Assembly (NCBI GenBank): GCA_030690545.1
Contig: JAUYGN010000079.1
Span: forward strand, 39,386 to 103,385
DNA length: 64,000 nucleotides
Source of the DNA: Solirubrobacteraceae bacterium
GTDB taxonomy: Bacteria > Actinomycetota > Thermoleophilia > Solirubrobacterales > Solirubrobacteraceae
Reading direction: 5' to 3'
The first letter of the stretch is position 1. Every line of letters starts with the position of its first letter. This document shows, piece after piece, positions 54,395 through 64,000 of this stretch. Below the pieces are notes generated by a model, which saw nothing but the letters and a program-made list of their open reading frames with translations, ran no database searches and was not told the origin of the DNA. The translations under genes were made by a program, and so were the position numbers.

Positions 54395-55021
54395 CTGCGC
54401 CAGCGCGTCGCGCACGTAGAGCACGACGGCGTAGTACGCGAGCACGAGACCGGCGTAGAGCAGCAGCTCGGCGAGCGTCGCCAGCGCGACGAGCGCGAAG
54501 AAGATCGCCGACATCGTCGGCCATACCGCCAGCCGGCCCGGCCAGTTGATCGTCAGCTGCAGGCCGCGGCGCAGCGCCAGCTGACCGAAGACGAGCAGCA
54601 GCAGCTCGCGCGCGACGACGACGGCGATCGCCCAGCGCGGCAGCAGTGCGAAGTTCCAGCAGACGACGAGCCCCGAGACGACGAGCAGGCGGTCGACGAA
54701 CGGATCGAGCAGCGCGCCGAAGCGGCTGTACTGGCCCGTGATCCGCGCCGCGATCCCGTCGAGGTAGTCGCTCCAGGCGACGACGGCGAAGATCACGGCC
54801 GGCAGCGCGTCGGTGCCGCTCTCGGAGCGCAGCGCGAGCACGAGGAAGACCGGAATCAGCGCCAGGCGAACGAAGCCGATCGCGTTGGGGATCGTCGCGA
54901 CGTTCCACGGCTGGTCGCTCAGCGTCTGGGGCGGCGGCGGGCCGGAGCGGTCGAGGCCGACGAGCCGGCGGAACGTCAGCCGTGCCCGACCGGCATCCTC
55001 GGCTACGGGAGCGTCCGCCAT
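54368..55021 (-). CDS. pgsA: CDP-alcohol phosphatidyltransferase (PgsA-like)
   Basis: DYLDGIAARITGQYSRFGALLDPFVDRL matches the D-G-x2-A-R-x8-G-x3-D-x3-D motif. Multi-TM protein. Confidence 0.85.
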   Translation of the reverse strand: MADAPVAEDAGRARLTFRRLVGLDRSGPPPPQTLSDQPWNVATIPNAIGFVRLALIPVFLVLALRSESGTDALPAVIFAVVAWSDYLDGIAARITGQYSRFGALLDPFVDRLLVVSGLVVCWNFALLPRWAIAVVVARELLLLVFGQLALRRGLQLTINWPGRLAVWPTMSAIFFALVALATLAELLLYAGLVLAYYAVVLYVRDALAQLRALRDVG

Positions 55022-56706
55022 AGCTCAGCGACCGCGTCGGCGGCTCCTTCGAGCGGGATGCCGCCCTCGACGGACCGCAGGCCACGACGGATCTGCGCCT
55101 CCGCGCGCCCGTCCTGCAGCGAGCGCCGTCCGACGGTCAGCCGCAACGGGCAACCGAGCAGCTCGGCGTCGGCGAACTTCGCGCCGGGACCCGCGTCGCG
55201 GTCGTCGAGCAGCACGTCGAGGCCGATCGTGCGCAGCTCGCGACAGAGCCCCTCGGCGGCGGCGAGCTCGTCGCTGCCCGGCTTGCCGAGCGCCACGACC
55301 TCGACGTCCCAGGGCGCGAGCGCGCGCGGCCAGGCGATCCCCTTCTCGTCGGCGAACTGCTCGACCGCGGCGGCGACGATGCGCGCCGGTCCGATCCCGT
55401 AGGAGCCCATCACGATCGGCTGCTCCCTGCCGTCGACGTCGAGGTACGTCGCGCCGAGCGGGACGGAGTAGCGCGTCCCGAGCTTGAAGATGTTGCCGAC
55501 CTCGATCGCCGGCTCAAGCGTGATCGGCGTGCCGCCGACCGTGTCGCCCGCCTCGACCTTGCGCACGTCGACGCGCTCGAACGCGAAGTCGCGGCCCGGC
55601 TGCACGCCGCGCAGGTGGTGATCGCGCTCGTTGGCGCCGGCGACGTAGCCGCCGTCGCCGACGGCCTCGTCGAGCAGGATCGGGACGGTCGCGCCGACCG
55701 GGCCGATGAAGCCCGGCGGCCCGATCTTGTCGGCGATCTCGTCCTCGCGCGCGGGCCGCCACGGCGCGCCGAGCGCGTTCGCGAGCTTGATCTCGTTGAC
55801 GCGGTGATCGCCGCGCACGACGACGAGCACGAGGCCGCCGGCTCGTCCCGCGCCGTCGTCGACGACGATCGGGAAGGCCTTCAGCAGCGCGCCGGCCGGC
55901 ACGTCGAGCAGCCGCGCGACGGCCTCGACCGTCGTCGCGTCCGGCGTGTGCACCCGCTCGGGCGCGTCGAGCGGTGCCGACACGTCGACGGGCTGCGGCT
56001 CGGCGCTCGCGATCTCGACGTTGGCGGCATAGCCGGGCGCCAGCGCGACCTCGTTCTCGCCCGCGGCGCACGGCGCCATGTACTCGTGCGCGCCCGAGCC
56101 GCCCATCATCCCGACGTCGGACTCGACGCTGTACCACTCCAGGCCGGTGCGCTCGAAGATCCGGTCGTACGCGCGCGCGTACGCCTCGTAGGCGACGTCG
56201 AGGCCGGCCTCGTCGCGGTCGAACGTGTAGGCGTCCTTCATGATGAACTCGCGCGTGCGCAGGACGCCGGCGCGCGGGCGCGGCTCGTCGCGCTCCTTGG
56301 TCTGGAAGTGGTACACGGAGAACGGCAGGTCGCGGTAGGAGCGCACGACCTGCGCGACGTGCGTCGTGACGCACTCCTCGTGCGTCATCGCGAGCACCAT
56401 CTCGGCGCCCTTGCGGTCCTGGAGCTTGAGCAGCTCGTCGATCTCGTAGCGCCCCGTCTTGCGCCAGGCGTCGGCCGGCTGCAGGACGGGCATCAGCATC
56501 TCCTGGCCGCCGATCGCGTCGATCTCCTCGCGGATGATCTGCACGACCTTCTGGTGCACGCGCCAGCCCGCCGGCAGCCACGACCACAGCCCCGTGCCGA
56601 GCTGGCGGACGAGTCCCGCGCGCACCATCAGCTTGTGCGAGATCGCCTCGGCGTCGGCCGGCGGCTCGCGCTCGGTCGGCAGCAGCAGCTGCGAGAGTCG
56701 GGTCAT
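55003..56706 (-). CDS. proS: Proline--tRNA ligase
   Basis: SHKLMVRAGL.RQL..G...WLP.G.RV..K...IIREE, class II motifs (FRDE.RPR.G..R.REF.MKD.YTF) and an editing-domain insertion. Start taken at MTRLSQ. Confidence 0.9.
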   Translation of the reverse strand: MTRLSQLLLPTEREPPADAEAISHKLMVRAGLVRQLGTGLWSWLPAGWRVHQKVVQIIREEIDAIGGQEMLMPVLQPADAWRKTGRYEIDELLKLQDRKGAEMVLAMTHEECVTTHVAQVVRSYRDLPFSVYHFQTKERDEPRPRAGVLRTREFIMKDAYTFDRDEAGLDVAYEAYARAYDRIFERTGLEWYSVESDVGMMGGSGAHEYMAPCAAGENEVALAPGYAANVEIASAEPQPVDVSAPLDAPERVHTPDATTVEAVARLLDVPAGALLKAFPIVVDDGAGRAGGLVLVVVRGDHRVNEIKLANALGAPWRPAREDEIADKIGPPGFIGPVGATVPILLDEAVGDGGYVAGANERDHHLRGVQPGRDFAFERVDVRKVEAGDTVGGTPITLEPAIEVGNIFKLGTRYSVPLGATYLDVDGREQPIVMGSYGIGPARIVAAAVEQFADEKGIAWPRALAPWDVEVVALGKPGSDELAAAEGLCRELRTIGLDVLLDDRDAGPGAKFADAELLGCPLRLTVGRRSLQDGRAEAQIRRGLRSVEGGIPLEGAADAVAELWRTLP

Positions 56707-56783
56707 GCGTGCGTCATCTCCTAACGCCAAGCCTACGCGGGTAGAGTCCGCGACGAGTCCGACGAACAGAGGAGAAACGCCCT

Positions 56784-57392
56784 ATGGCCTTTGAGGTTCC
56801 GCCCCTGCCGTACGCCCCCGATGCGCTCGAGCCCCACATCGACGCGCAGACGATGTCGATCCACCACGACAAGCACCATCAGGCGTACGTCGACAAGCTC
56901 AACGCGGCGCTGGAGGGAACCGAGCACGCGGACACGCCGATCGAGGACATCATCGCCAACCTCGACGCGATCCCCGAGGACAAGCGCGGCCCCGTCCGCA
57001 ACAACGGCGGCGGGCACTACAACCACTCGCTCTTCTGGCCCTCGATGAGCCCGAGCGGCGGCGGTGCGCCCGACGGGGACCTCGGCGCTGCGATCGACGC
57101 CGCGTTCGGCTCGTTCGACGCGTTCAAGGAGAAGTTCGAGGCGGCCGGCGTCGGCCAGTTCGGCTCCGGCTGGGCCTGGCTCGTCCTCGACGGCGGCGTG
57201 CTCGCCGTCACGAGCACGCCCAACCAGGACAACCCGCTCAGCTCCGGCAAGACCCCGCTGCTGGGCAACGACGTCTGGGAGCACGCGTACTACCTGAAGT
57301 ACCAGAACAAGCGCCCGGACTATCTGAAGGCCTGGTGGAACACGGTGAGCTGGACGGAGATCGCCGCGCGCTACAGCGCAGCCACCGGCTGA
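56784..57392 (+). CDS. sodA: Fe/Mn superoxide dismutase
   Basis: [30 protein letters not shown] and [25 protein letters not shown] upstream. Confidence 0.95.
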   Translation: MAFEVPPLPYAPDALEPHIDAQTMSIHHDKHHQAYVDKLNAALEGTEHADTPIEDIIANLDAIPEDKRGPVRNNGGGHYNHSLFWPSMSPSGGGAPDGDLGAAIDAAFGSFDAFKEKFEAAGVGQFGSGWAWLVLDGGVLAVTSTPNQDNPLSSGKTPLLGNDVWEHAYYLKYQNKRPDYLKAWWNTVSWTEIAARYSAATG

Positions 57393-57451
57393 CCGACCGA
57401 CCAACCGGCCATCGGTCGCGCTACTTTCGCGACAATGTTTGTGTTGTAGGG

Positions 57452-57476
57452 GCGGGACGGTATGAGGCCGTCCCGC
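57452..57476 (+). terminator. Hairpin terminator candidate after sodA
   Basis: GCGGGACGG-TATGAGG-CCGTCCCGC, a perfect 9-bp stem followed by the T-containing tract TCGTGTTCGT. It lies 60 nt after the sodA stop. Confidence 0.45.
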
Positions 57477-57509
57477 TCGTGTTCGTCACCTACGTCCAGC
57501 AGGAGCTCC

Positions 57510-59168
57510 ATGTCGCCAAGGATTCGTTGCATCGTCATCGCGCTCGTCTTCGTGGCGCTCCTTCCTGCCGCCGCCGCGCAGGCCAGCGCCAACCAGGCAT
57601 CGATCATGATGGACGATGACCTGCTGGTCTATCGCGACGACAACACCGCGAGCCGCGTCCTGACGCAGATGAAGACGATGGGCGTCGACATCATCCGCGT
57701 CACCGTGCTGTGGTCGGTCGTCGCCGAGAACGCGCGCACGACCCAGGCCGACCTGAACAAGCTCAGGGGCCGGCAGAACAACCGCCTGCGCGAAGCGGCC
57801 CTGCGCCAGAACCGGCGCTTCCGGCCGACCGACCCGAGCACGTATCCGGTCCGCAACTGGGATCGCTACGACAACCTCGTCCGGTCCGCCCAGAACCTCG
57901 GGATCCGCGTCTACTTCAACATCACCGGCCCCGGTCCGGCGTGGGCGCACGAGACCCCGCCGAGGGCCCAGCGCTCGCTGCGCGCCTCCTGGAAGCCCCG
58001 GCCGGCCGCCTTCAGGCAGTTCGTGACCGCCGTCGGCAGGCGCTACTCGGGCACGTACCGCGACGAGAACGCCGGCCGCACCACGCTCCCGCGCGTCAGC
58101 TTCTGGTCGCTGTGGAACGAGCCCAACCAGGGCGGCTGGCTGTCGCCGCAGTGGCAGCGCAACAGCAACGGCAGGTACGTGCCGGCCTCGCCGGCGATCT
58201 ACCGCAAGCTGCACCAGGCCGGCTACCAGGGCCTCGCCACCAGCGGTCACACCGTCGACAGCGACGTCATCCTGATGGGCGAGACGGCGCCGCTGGGCTC
58301 CAACACGCCGAGCGAGAAGAACCCGATGCGCCCGGGGCTGTTCCTGCGCGAGCTGGCCTGCGTCTCGTCCAACGGCAGCAGCTACACGGGCGCGTCCGCG
58401 CGGGCACGCAGCTGTGGCGATCTCTCGACGCGCGGCGGATTGGCGGCGAATGGCTACGCGCACCACCCGTACACCAAGAACGTGTCGCCGCTCGTGCGCG
58501 ATTCGCACCGCGACTCGCTGACGATGGCGAACATCTCCGAGCTCGGGACGCTGCTGGACACCCTGTCGGCGAGGACGAACGGGGCGATCCGCTCGGGCAT
58601 GCCGCTGTTCATGACCGAGTTCGGCTTCGAGACCAACCCGCCGGACCGGTTCTCCGGCGTGTCGCTGCAGCTGCAGGCCAAGTACAACCAGCTCGGCGAG
58701 TACCAGGCGTGGCAGAACCCGCGCATCGCCGCGCAGGCACAGTTCCTGCTGCGCGACGTCGCGCCGGTGCGCAACCGCAGGCCGGGCACGAAGGCCTACT
58801 GGTTCACGTACCAGTCCGGGCTGTTCTTCCTCAACGGAACGGCCAAGCCCGCCGCGTTCGCCTACACGATGCCGTTCATCGCGACGCCGCACGGCGCCGA
58901 TCCCGCGACCGGAGGCCCGCTGTACAGCTTCTGGGGTCAGCTGCGCTTCCTGCCGGACGGTGCGCCGGACGTCGCGCACATCCAGTGGAAGCCGAAGGAC
59001 AACTCGACGGGCTGGGTGACGGTCGGCGATCCGGTGCCGGTCGACTTCCGCGGCTACTTCCAGGCCGCGCGCGTCGCGCCGTCGGCGGCGCCCGGCGAGT
59101 GGCGTTCGTTGTGGGTGCGGCCCGACGGTGGCGAGCCCTCGACGAGCCTCAGCACGGACGGAAGCTAG
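57510..59168 (+). CDS. Secreted clan GH-A-like glycoside hydrolase (tentative)
   Basis: Signal peptide IVIALVFVALLPAAAAQASA. WSLWNEPNQ (acid/base NEP) and FMTEFGFE (nucleophile TEFG) are arranged as in (beta/alpha)8 GH-A enzymes. ATG at 57510 is preceded by AGGAG. Confidence 0.6.
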   Translation: MSPRIRCIVIALVFVALLPAAAAQASANQASIMMDDDLLVYRDDNTASRVLTQMKTMGVDIIRVTVLWSVVAENARTTQADLNKLRGRQNNRLREAALRQNRRFRPTDPSTYPVRNWDRYDNLVRSAQNLGIRVYFNITGPGPAWAHETPPRAQRSLRASWKPRPAAFRQFVTAVGRRYSGTYRDENAGRTTLPRVSFWSLWNEPNQGGWLSPQWQRNSNGRYVPASPAIYRKLHQAGYQGLATSGHTVDSDVILMGETAPLGSNTPSEKNPMRPGLFLRELACVSSNGSSYTGASARARSCGDLSTRGGLAANGYAHHPYTKNVSPLVRDSHRDSLTMANISELGTLLDTLSARTNGAIRSGMPLFMTEFGFETNPPDRFSGVSLQLQAKYNQLGEYQAWQNPRIAAQAQFLLRDVAPVRNRRPGTKAYWFTYQSGLFFLNGTAKPAAFAYTMPFIATPHGADPATGGPLYSFWGQLRFLPDGAPDVAHIQWKPKDNSTGWVTVGDPVPVDFRGYFQAARVAPSAAPGEWRSLWVRPDGGEPSTSLSTDGS

Positions 59169-59188
59169 ACGCGGAGCGCCGTCGCGCG

Positions 59189-59213
59189 GGTGCCGGCCGT
59201 TCGCGCCGGCACC
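59189..59213. terminator. Hairpin between convergent genes (possible bidirectional terminator)
   Basis: GGTGCCGGC-CGTTCGC-GCCGGCACC, a perfect 9-bp stem 21 nt after the hydrolase stop. No U-tract. Confidence 0.4.
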
Positions 59214-59368
59214 GCGCCGCGCCGCGCCGCGCTTCGACCGGGTCGCGGCGCGCCGGCGTCCCTGCAAGGTCGCAGCCGTGCGGAAGCTGGTCGACTTGAG
59301 CATGCAGGACGTGCACGACTCGCCCAGCTCGGGCTCGGAGCGACCCGCCGGCGGCGCGACGGGCGCGA

Positions 59369-60634
59369 TCAGGCGCGGGTGAAGCGGCGACCGGCGACCG
59401 GCGAGACGGTCTCGTCGAGCGGCGCGAGCGCCGCCAGCACGTCGTCGCCGCCGTCGTGAGCGGCGGCCTCGGCCGCCTCGAGCGCTGCCAGGCGCTCGGG
59501 CGTCATCGCCGTCGCGTCCTCGTTGGCCGCGAGCCAGGCGGCGCCCTCGGCGGCCGCGCGCTCGTCGACGTCGATCCGCCGTGAGGACGCGTACTTGTCG
59601 ATCTCCTCGAACAGGACGTCGACGAGTTGCGCCGTCGGCACCTTGCGCAGCGGCTTGCCGCGGCTGAAGATCAGGCCCTCGTCCTTGGCGCCGGTGATGC
59701 CGAAGTCGGCGTGCGACGCCTCGCCGATCCCGTTGACCGCGCAGCCCAGCACGGCGACCTCGATCGGGTCGGCGTAGGCCTCCAGGCGCCGCTCGATCTC
59801 CGTCACGACGGTGTCCATGTCGAACTGCAGGCGCCCGCAGGTCGGGCAGGCGATCAGCACCGGTCCGCGCTCGCGCAGCTGCAGCGCCTTGAGGATCTCC
59901 CAGGCGACCTTGACCTCCTCCTCGGCGTGGAAGGTCGACAGGCTGATGCGGATCGTGTCGCCGATCCCGTCGGCCAGCAGCGTGCCGAGGCCGACCGCCG
60001 ACTTCAGGCTGCCCGACCACTTCGTGCCGGCCTCGGTGATGCCGAGATGCAGCGGATGGTCGATCTTCTCGCTCAGCAGCCGGTTGGAGGCGATCGTGTT
60101 GGGCACGTTCGTCGACTTGATCGAGACCTTGAAGTCGTGGAAGTCCAGGCGGTGCATGAGCTCGACGAACTCCGTCGCGGCGGTCGTCAGCGCCTCGACC
60201 GGGCTCGAGCGCTCGAGCGCGTGCAGGTGCTTGGGCAGCGAGCCGGAGTTGACGCCGATGCGCATCGGCGTGCCGGCCTCGCGAGCGCGCTGCACGACCT
60301 CGGCGACCTTGTCCGGGCCGCCGATGTTGCCCGGGTTCAGGCGGATGCAGTGCGCGCCGGCGTCGATCGCCTTCAGCGCGAGCGTGTGGTTGAAGTGGAT
60401 GTCGGCGATGATCGGGATCGGCGACTGCTCGACGATCGTCCTGAGCGCCTCGACGTCCTGGTCGCGCGGCACCGCGACGCGCACGATGTCGGCCCCCGCC
60501 TCGGCGACCTTGTGGATCTGATCCATCGTCGCCCGCAGGTTGGCGGTCTCGGTCTTCGTCATCGTCTGCACCGCGACCGGCGCTCCGCCGCCGACGGGGA
60601 CGCTGCCGACCATGATCTGTCGCGCTGAGGCCAT
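59369..60634 (-). CDS. ispG: 4-hydroxy-3-methylbut-2-en-1-yl diphosphate synthase
   Basis: VQTMT.T.T.....T..QI...A.AGADIVRVAVP, the HLGITEAG motif, CPTCGR, and GC.VNG.GE. An extra C-terminal tail of about 60 aa is present. Confidence 0.95.
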   Translation of the reverse strand: MASARQIMVGSVPVGGGAPVAVQTMTKTETANLRATMDQIHKVAEAGADIVRVAVPRDQDVEALRTIVEQSPIPIIADIHFNHTLALKAIDAGAHCIRLNPGNIGGPDKVAEVVQRAREAGTPMRIGVNSGSLPKHLHALERSSPVEALTTAATEFVELMHRLDFHDFKVSIKSTNVPNTIASNRLLSEKIDHPLHLGITEAGTKWSGSLKSAVGLGTLLADGIGDTIRISLSTFHAEEEVKVAWEILKALQLRERGPVLIACPTCGRLQFDMDTVVTEIERRLEAYADPIEVAVLGCAVNGIGEASHADFGITGAKDEGLIFSRGKPLRKVPTAQLVDVLFEEIDKYASSRRIDVDERAAAEGAAWLAANEDATAMTPERLAALEAAEAAAHDGGDDVLAALAPLDETVSPVAGRRFTRA

Positions 60635-60697
60635 CGCCTGATTCTACGGAGCGCGGGCCTCTCCCCGATCATCGCGAGCCACGGCTAAGGTCGGGCG

Positions 60698-61231
60698 ATG
60701 ACGGACGGCAGGCAGTTCGTGTTCGGCTACGGCTCGCTCGTCGCCGTCCAGTCGGGCAGGAGGGCGGTCAGGCTGCACGGCCACCGGCGCATCTGGGGCG
60801 TGGCGATGGACAACACGATCGACGTCCCGGGATACAAGACGTACCGCCTGCGCGAGGACGGCAGCCGGCCGGCGGTGTTCGTCGCGTTCCTCGATCTCAT
60901 CGCCGAGCCGGGCGCCGTCACGCAGGGCACCCTGCTGGCCGTCGACGACGCCGCGCTACGGGTACTCGACGAGCGCGAGCGCAACTACGACCGCATCGAC
61001 GTGACCACCCAGATCGAGGCGGCGCCATCCGGCACGATCTGGACGTACCGCGGCAGCGACGACGGTCGCGAGCGGCTGCGGATCGGCCGGCGGGAGCGCA
61101 CGGCGGTCATCGACAGCGCGTACCTCGAGGCCGTCGAGACGACGTTCACCGCGCTCGGGCTCGGCGACGAGCTGCCCGGCGACGACCTGCCGCTGATGTC
61201 GCTCCGGCGCGTCGACCTGCCCGCTCCTTGA
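60698..61231 (+). CDS. Gamma-glutamylcyclotransferase (AIG2/GGCT)-like protein
   Basis: N-terminal FVFGYGSLV (YGSL motif) and ERERNYDR. Its size is typical of the family. Confidence 0.5.
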   Translation: MTDGRQFVFGYGSLVAVQSGRRAVRLHGHRRIWGVAMDNTIDVPGYKTYRLREDGSRPAVFVAFLDLIAEPGAVTQGTLLAVDDAALRVLDERERNYDRIDVTTQIEAAPSGTIWTYRGSDDGRERLRIGRRERTAVIDSAYLEAVETTFTALGLGDELPGDDLPLMSLRRVDLPAP

Positions 61232-61310
61232 CCCGCGATCGAACCGGTGTGGCGGATCAGCCTCGCCCGCCGAGGGTCATACGCCACACCCCGGTCGCGT
61301 GTCCGGCGCC

Positions 61311-62432
61311 CTAGCGGACGCCGAAGCCCTCCCCGCTCGACAATCGCCCGATGTCGTTGGACAGGCCGACGTAGAACAGGAACAGCACGAGCATGAAGCC
61401 GACGATCGACGCGCGCTCCATGACGCGCAATGAGATCGCGCGGCCGCGCACCTTCTCGGCGACCGCCCAGAAGATGTGCCCGCCGTCAAGCGGCAGGAAG
61501 GGAAACAGGTTGATGATGCCCAGCGACAGCGAGATCAGCGCGAGGATGCTGACCGCGCGCACGGTGTCGAACTCGAAGCTCTGGCGCGTCGCCTCGTAGG
61601 AGCCGACGACGCCGGAGACGTCCTCGCGCGCGTCGGCGCTGAAGAACAGGCTGACGATCCGGTCGACCGTCAGCGTCGTGACCGTCCACATCCCCGTCAC
61701 GCTGCGCTGGGCGGCCTCTCCCACGCCGATGTCGACGCCGCGCGTGCCGAACGTGAAGCCGATCAGCAGCCGATCCGCCTCCTCGCTGTAGCGCGGCACG
61801 ACCTCCAGCGCGCGCCGCTCGCCGTCGCGCAGCACGACGAGCTCGACCGGCTTCGTCGCCTCGCAACCCTCGCGCGGCGTTCCGACGCAGCCGTGCGTGG
61901 CGATCGCCTCGCGCAGCGCCTCGACGCGATCGGCGCCCTCGTCGGCGGAGATCCCCTCCTCGAAGCCCGCGACGCCGTCGGCGGAGAGCAGCCGGTCGCC
62001 GGGCTGCAGCACGCCCTGCGCCGGGCTGTCGTCCTCGACGCGCTCCACGACGGCCTGCGAGAACTGCAGCGGCCGCGACGCGAACAGCACCCAGAGGATG
62101 AGGAACGCGAGCACGATGTTGACGATCGGCCCGGCCGAGATCACGACGACCCGCTTCCAGACCGGCTGGCGGCAGTACGCGCGGTGGGCGACCTCCGGAG
62201 CGAGCTCCTCCTCCGGGTTCATGCCGGTGATCTTCACGTAGCCGCCGAGCGGGATCGCCCCGACGGCGTACTCCGTCTCGCTGCCCTTGGGTCGCCACTT
62301 CGCCACGAGCGGCGGGAAGAAGAGCGCGAAGCGCTCGACCCGCATCCCGACGGCCTTGGCGGCCGCGAAATGCCCGAACTCGTGCAGGATGATCAGCGCG
62401 GCGAAGCCCGCGAAGGCCAGGAAATAGCTCAC
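61311..62432 (-). CDS. Site-2 (M50) intramembrane zinc metalloprotease with a PDZ domain (RseP/Rip1-like)
   Basis: HEFGHFAAAK (HExxH), a central PDZ domain (GD.LLSADG), and C-terminal NL.P...LDGGHI. Confidence 0.9.
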   Translation of the reverse strand: MSYFLAFAGFAALIILHEFGHFAAAKAVGMRVERFALFFPPLVAKWRPKGSETEYAVGAIPLGGYVKITGMNPEEELAPEVAHRAYCRQPVWKRVVVISAGPIVNIVLAFLILWVLFASRPLQFSQAVVERVEDDSPAQGVLQPGDRLLSADGVAGFEEGISADEGADRVEALREAIATHGCVGTPREGCEATKPVELVVLRDGERRALEVVPRYSEEADRLLIGFTFGTRGVDIGVGEAAQRSVTGMWTVTTLTVDRIVSLFFSADAREDVSGVVGSYEATRQSFEFDTVRAVSILALISLSLGIINLFPFLPLDGGHIFWAVAEKVRGRAISLRVMERASIVGFMLVLFLFYVGLSNDIGRLSSGEGFGVR

Positions 62433-62436
62433 CGGA

Positions 62437-63603
62437 TCAGTGTAGGAGCCGGTCTGACCAGGTCTCGACGAGCTCCGCGCCGACTGCGCGGGCCTGGCGA
62501 TCGGCCTCGTAGAGCGATTCGAACGCGCGCACGGGCGCGGCCGGCAGGCGCTCGAGCGCGCCCTCGATGATGGCTGGGATGCCGAGGAAGCTCAGCCGTC
62601 CGGCGAGGAACGCATGCACGGCGACCTCGTTGGCGGCGTTCAGCACGCAGGGTGCCGTGCCGCCGGCGATCGCCGCGGCGCGCGCGAGCGCGAGCGCCGG
62701 GAAGGCGTCGGTGTCGACGGGCTCGAACGTCAGCGCGCCGACCTCCGCGAGGTCGAGCGCGCGCAGCGGCACGTCGACGCGCTCGGGGTGGTGCAGCGCG
62801 TAGGAGATCGGCACGCGCATGTCGGGGTAGCCGAGGTGTGCGAGCGCCGCGCCGTCGCACAGGGTGATCATGCTGTGGACGATCGACTGCGGGTGCACGA
62901 CGACCTCGATGCGCTCGTAGGGCACGCCGAACAGGTGGTAGGCCTCGATCACCTCGAGGCCCTTGTTCATCAGCGTCGCCGAGTCGATCGTGATCTTGCC
63001 GCCCATCTCCCACGTCGGGTGGGCGAGCGCCTCGGCGACGCTGACCTCGGCGAGATCGGCGCGCGCGCGACCGCGAAACGGCCCTCCCGACGCCGTCAGG
63101 ACGAGCTTCTCGACCGTGCCCGGCCGCTCTCCGGCGAGCAGCTGGTGCAGCGCCGAATGCTCGGAGTCGACGGGCAGGATCTGCGCGCCGGTCGCCTCCG
63201 CGAGCGCCATCACGAGCTCGCCGCCGACGACGAGCGACTCCTTGTTGGCGAGCGCGAGGTCGATGCCCTCGCCGAGCGTCGCGACCGTCGGGCCGAGGCC
63301 GGCCGAGCCGACGAGCGCGTTGAGCACGAGGTCGGCGCCGGACTCGAGCACGAGCCGCACGAGCCCCTCGGCCCCGACGAGCACCTCGCCATCGGTCCAC
63401 GCCTCCGCCGCGCGGGCGCCCGCGTCGGCGTCGGCGAGCGCGACCCGGTCGACGCCGAACTGCCGCGCCTGCGCGATCAGCGCCTCCGACGAGCGCTCCG
63501 CGCTGAGCCCGACGAGCTCCAGCTCGGGGTCGCGCGCGACGATGTCGAGCGCCTGCGTGCCGATCGACCCGGTCGATCCGAGGATGAGAAGGCGCCGAGC
63601 CAC
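62437..63603 (-). CDS. dxr: 1-deoxy-D-xylulose 5-phosphate reductoisomerase
   Basis: LLILGSTGSIGTQALDI (NADPH site), LANKESLV, DSEHSA, and HP.W.MG.KITIDSATLMNKGLE.IEA..LF. Confidence 0.95.
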   Translation of the reverse strand: MARRLLILGSTGSIGTQALDIVARDPELELVGLSAERSSEALIAQARQFGVDRVALADADAGARAAEAWTDGEVLVGAEGLVRLVLESGADLVLNALVGSAGLGPTVATLGEGIDLALANKESLVVGGELVMALAEATGAQILPVDSEHSALHQLLAGERPGTVEKLVLTASGGPFRGRARADLAEVSVAEALAHPTWEMGGKITIDSATLMNKGLEVIEAYHLFGVPYERIEVVVHPQSIVHSMITLCDGAALAHLGYPDMRVPISYALHHPERVDVPLRALDLAEVGALTFEPVDTDAFPALALARAAAIAGGTAPCVLNAANEVAVHAFLAGRLSFLGIPAIIEGALERLPAAPVRAFESLYEADRQARAVGAELVETWSDRLLH

Positions 63604-63645
63604 GAGCGGAGCATTCTGGCAGGCGGCCGCCGGCCGCCCGCCGCC

Positions 63646-64000
63646 CTACAGCAGCGCGAGCCAGATGTAGTAGCCGGCGACGGTCGTGAAGAGCACCGCG
63701 TCGAGGCGATCGAGCGCGCCGCCGTGCGGACCGAACAGGCGGCCGGTGTCCTTCGTGCCGGCGTCGCGCTTGATGAACGACTCGAAGAGATCCCCGAGCG
63801 GTGCCGCGATCGCGACGCCGAGACCGAGCAGCAGCGCGTCGGTCCCCGACAGCCAGTCCTGGTAGGTCCCGGCCAGCCACGTCGCGAGCACCGCCGCGAC
63901 CATCCCGATCAGCAGCCCCTCGACGGTCTTGTTGGGCGATACGCTGGGCGCGAGCTTGCGCTGGCCGAACCAGCGCCCGCCGAGGTATGCGGCGGAGTCG
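63646..64000 (-). CDS. cdsA: Phosphatidate cytidylyltransferase, C-terminal part (5-prime end lies outside the window)
   Basis: The frame stays open to the window edge. GGRWFGQRKLAPSVSPNKTVEG...GDLFES.IKRD.G.KD.G...PGHGG.LDR.D is the CdsA signature. Confidence 0.8.
   Translation of the reverse strand, partial: DSAAYLGGRWFGQRKLAPSVSPNKTVEGLLIGMVAAVLATWLAGTYQDWLSGTDALLLGLGVAIAAPLGDLFESFIKRDAGTKDTGRLFGPHGGALDRLDAVLFTTVAGYYIWLALL

Noticed and set aside
57486-60020. 844-aa minus-strand ORF
   Set aside because: It spans the antisense of the glycoside-hydrolase-like gene and runs out of frame into ispG. It is low-complexity, Arg/Ala-rich sequence.

Overview
A 64-kb, very GC-rich chromosomal segment. 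By eye most codons have G or C at the third position, and all six frames carry long shadow ORFs. Gene order looks actinobacterial: steA-steB-GT4-pyrG, a small coiled-coil protein followed by FHA, MerR and apt, and cdsA-dxr-S2P protease-ispG. About 70 protein genes can be supported. Most are housekeeping: pyrG, proS, nadE, sodA, dinB, hup, apt, dxr, ispG, cdsA, pgsA, moeA and an RpoD-family sigma factor. The rest are transport and regulatory modules: an arsR-MIP-arsC arsenic operon, a siderophore ABC importer, a Mn/Zn-type ABC importer with a DtxR-family repressor, and an ABC-2 exporter with a NarL-type two-component system. I found no rRNA, complete tRNA, CRISPR array, transposase or integrase.

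Four things deserve a second look.
- A lower-GC islet lies between arsC and pyrG (about 2430-4850). It carries 10-bp phased iteron-like repeats, a perfect 14-bp palindrome, a fragment resembling a tRNA 3-prime end, and a translationally coupled gene pair (an XRE-HTH/GIY-YIG-like fusion plus a small toxin-like protein).
- A tightly coupled four-gene operon (33287-37253) encodes two paralogous uncharacterised proteins, a DyP peroxidase and a cytochrome P450. It sits directly behind the Mn-importer/DtxR operon on the same strand.
- TTAGG-N4-CCTAA-type palindromes occur at three promoters.
- Several unusual domain fusions and small proteins are present: an ABC permease with a DtxR-like tail, a small protein with an RsiG-like motif, and a minimal protein resembling an ADP-ribosyltransferase.

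All functional calls come from reading motifs in the supplied translations. No database search was run.
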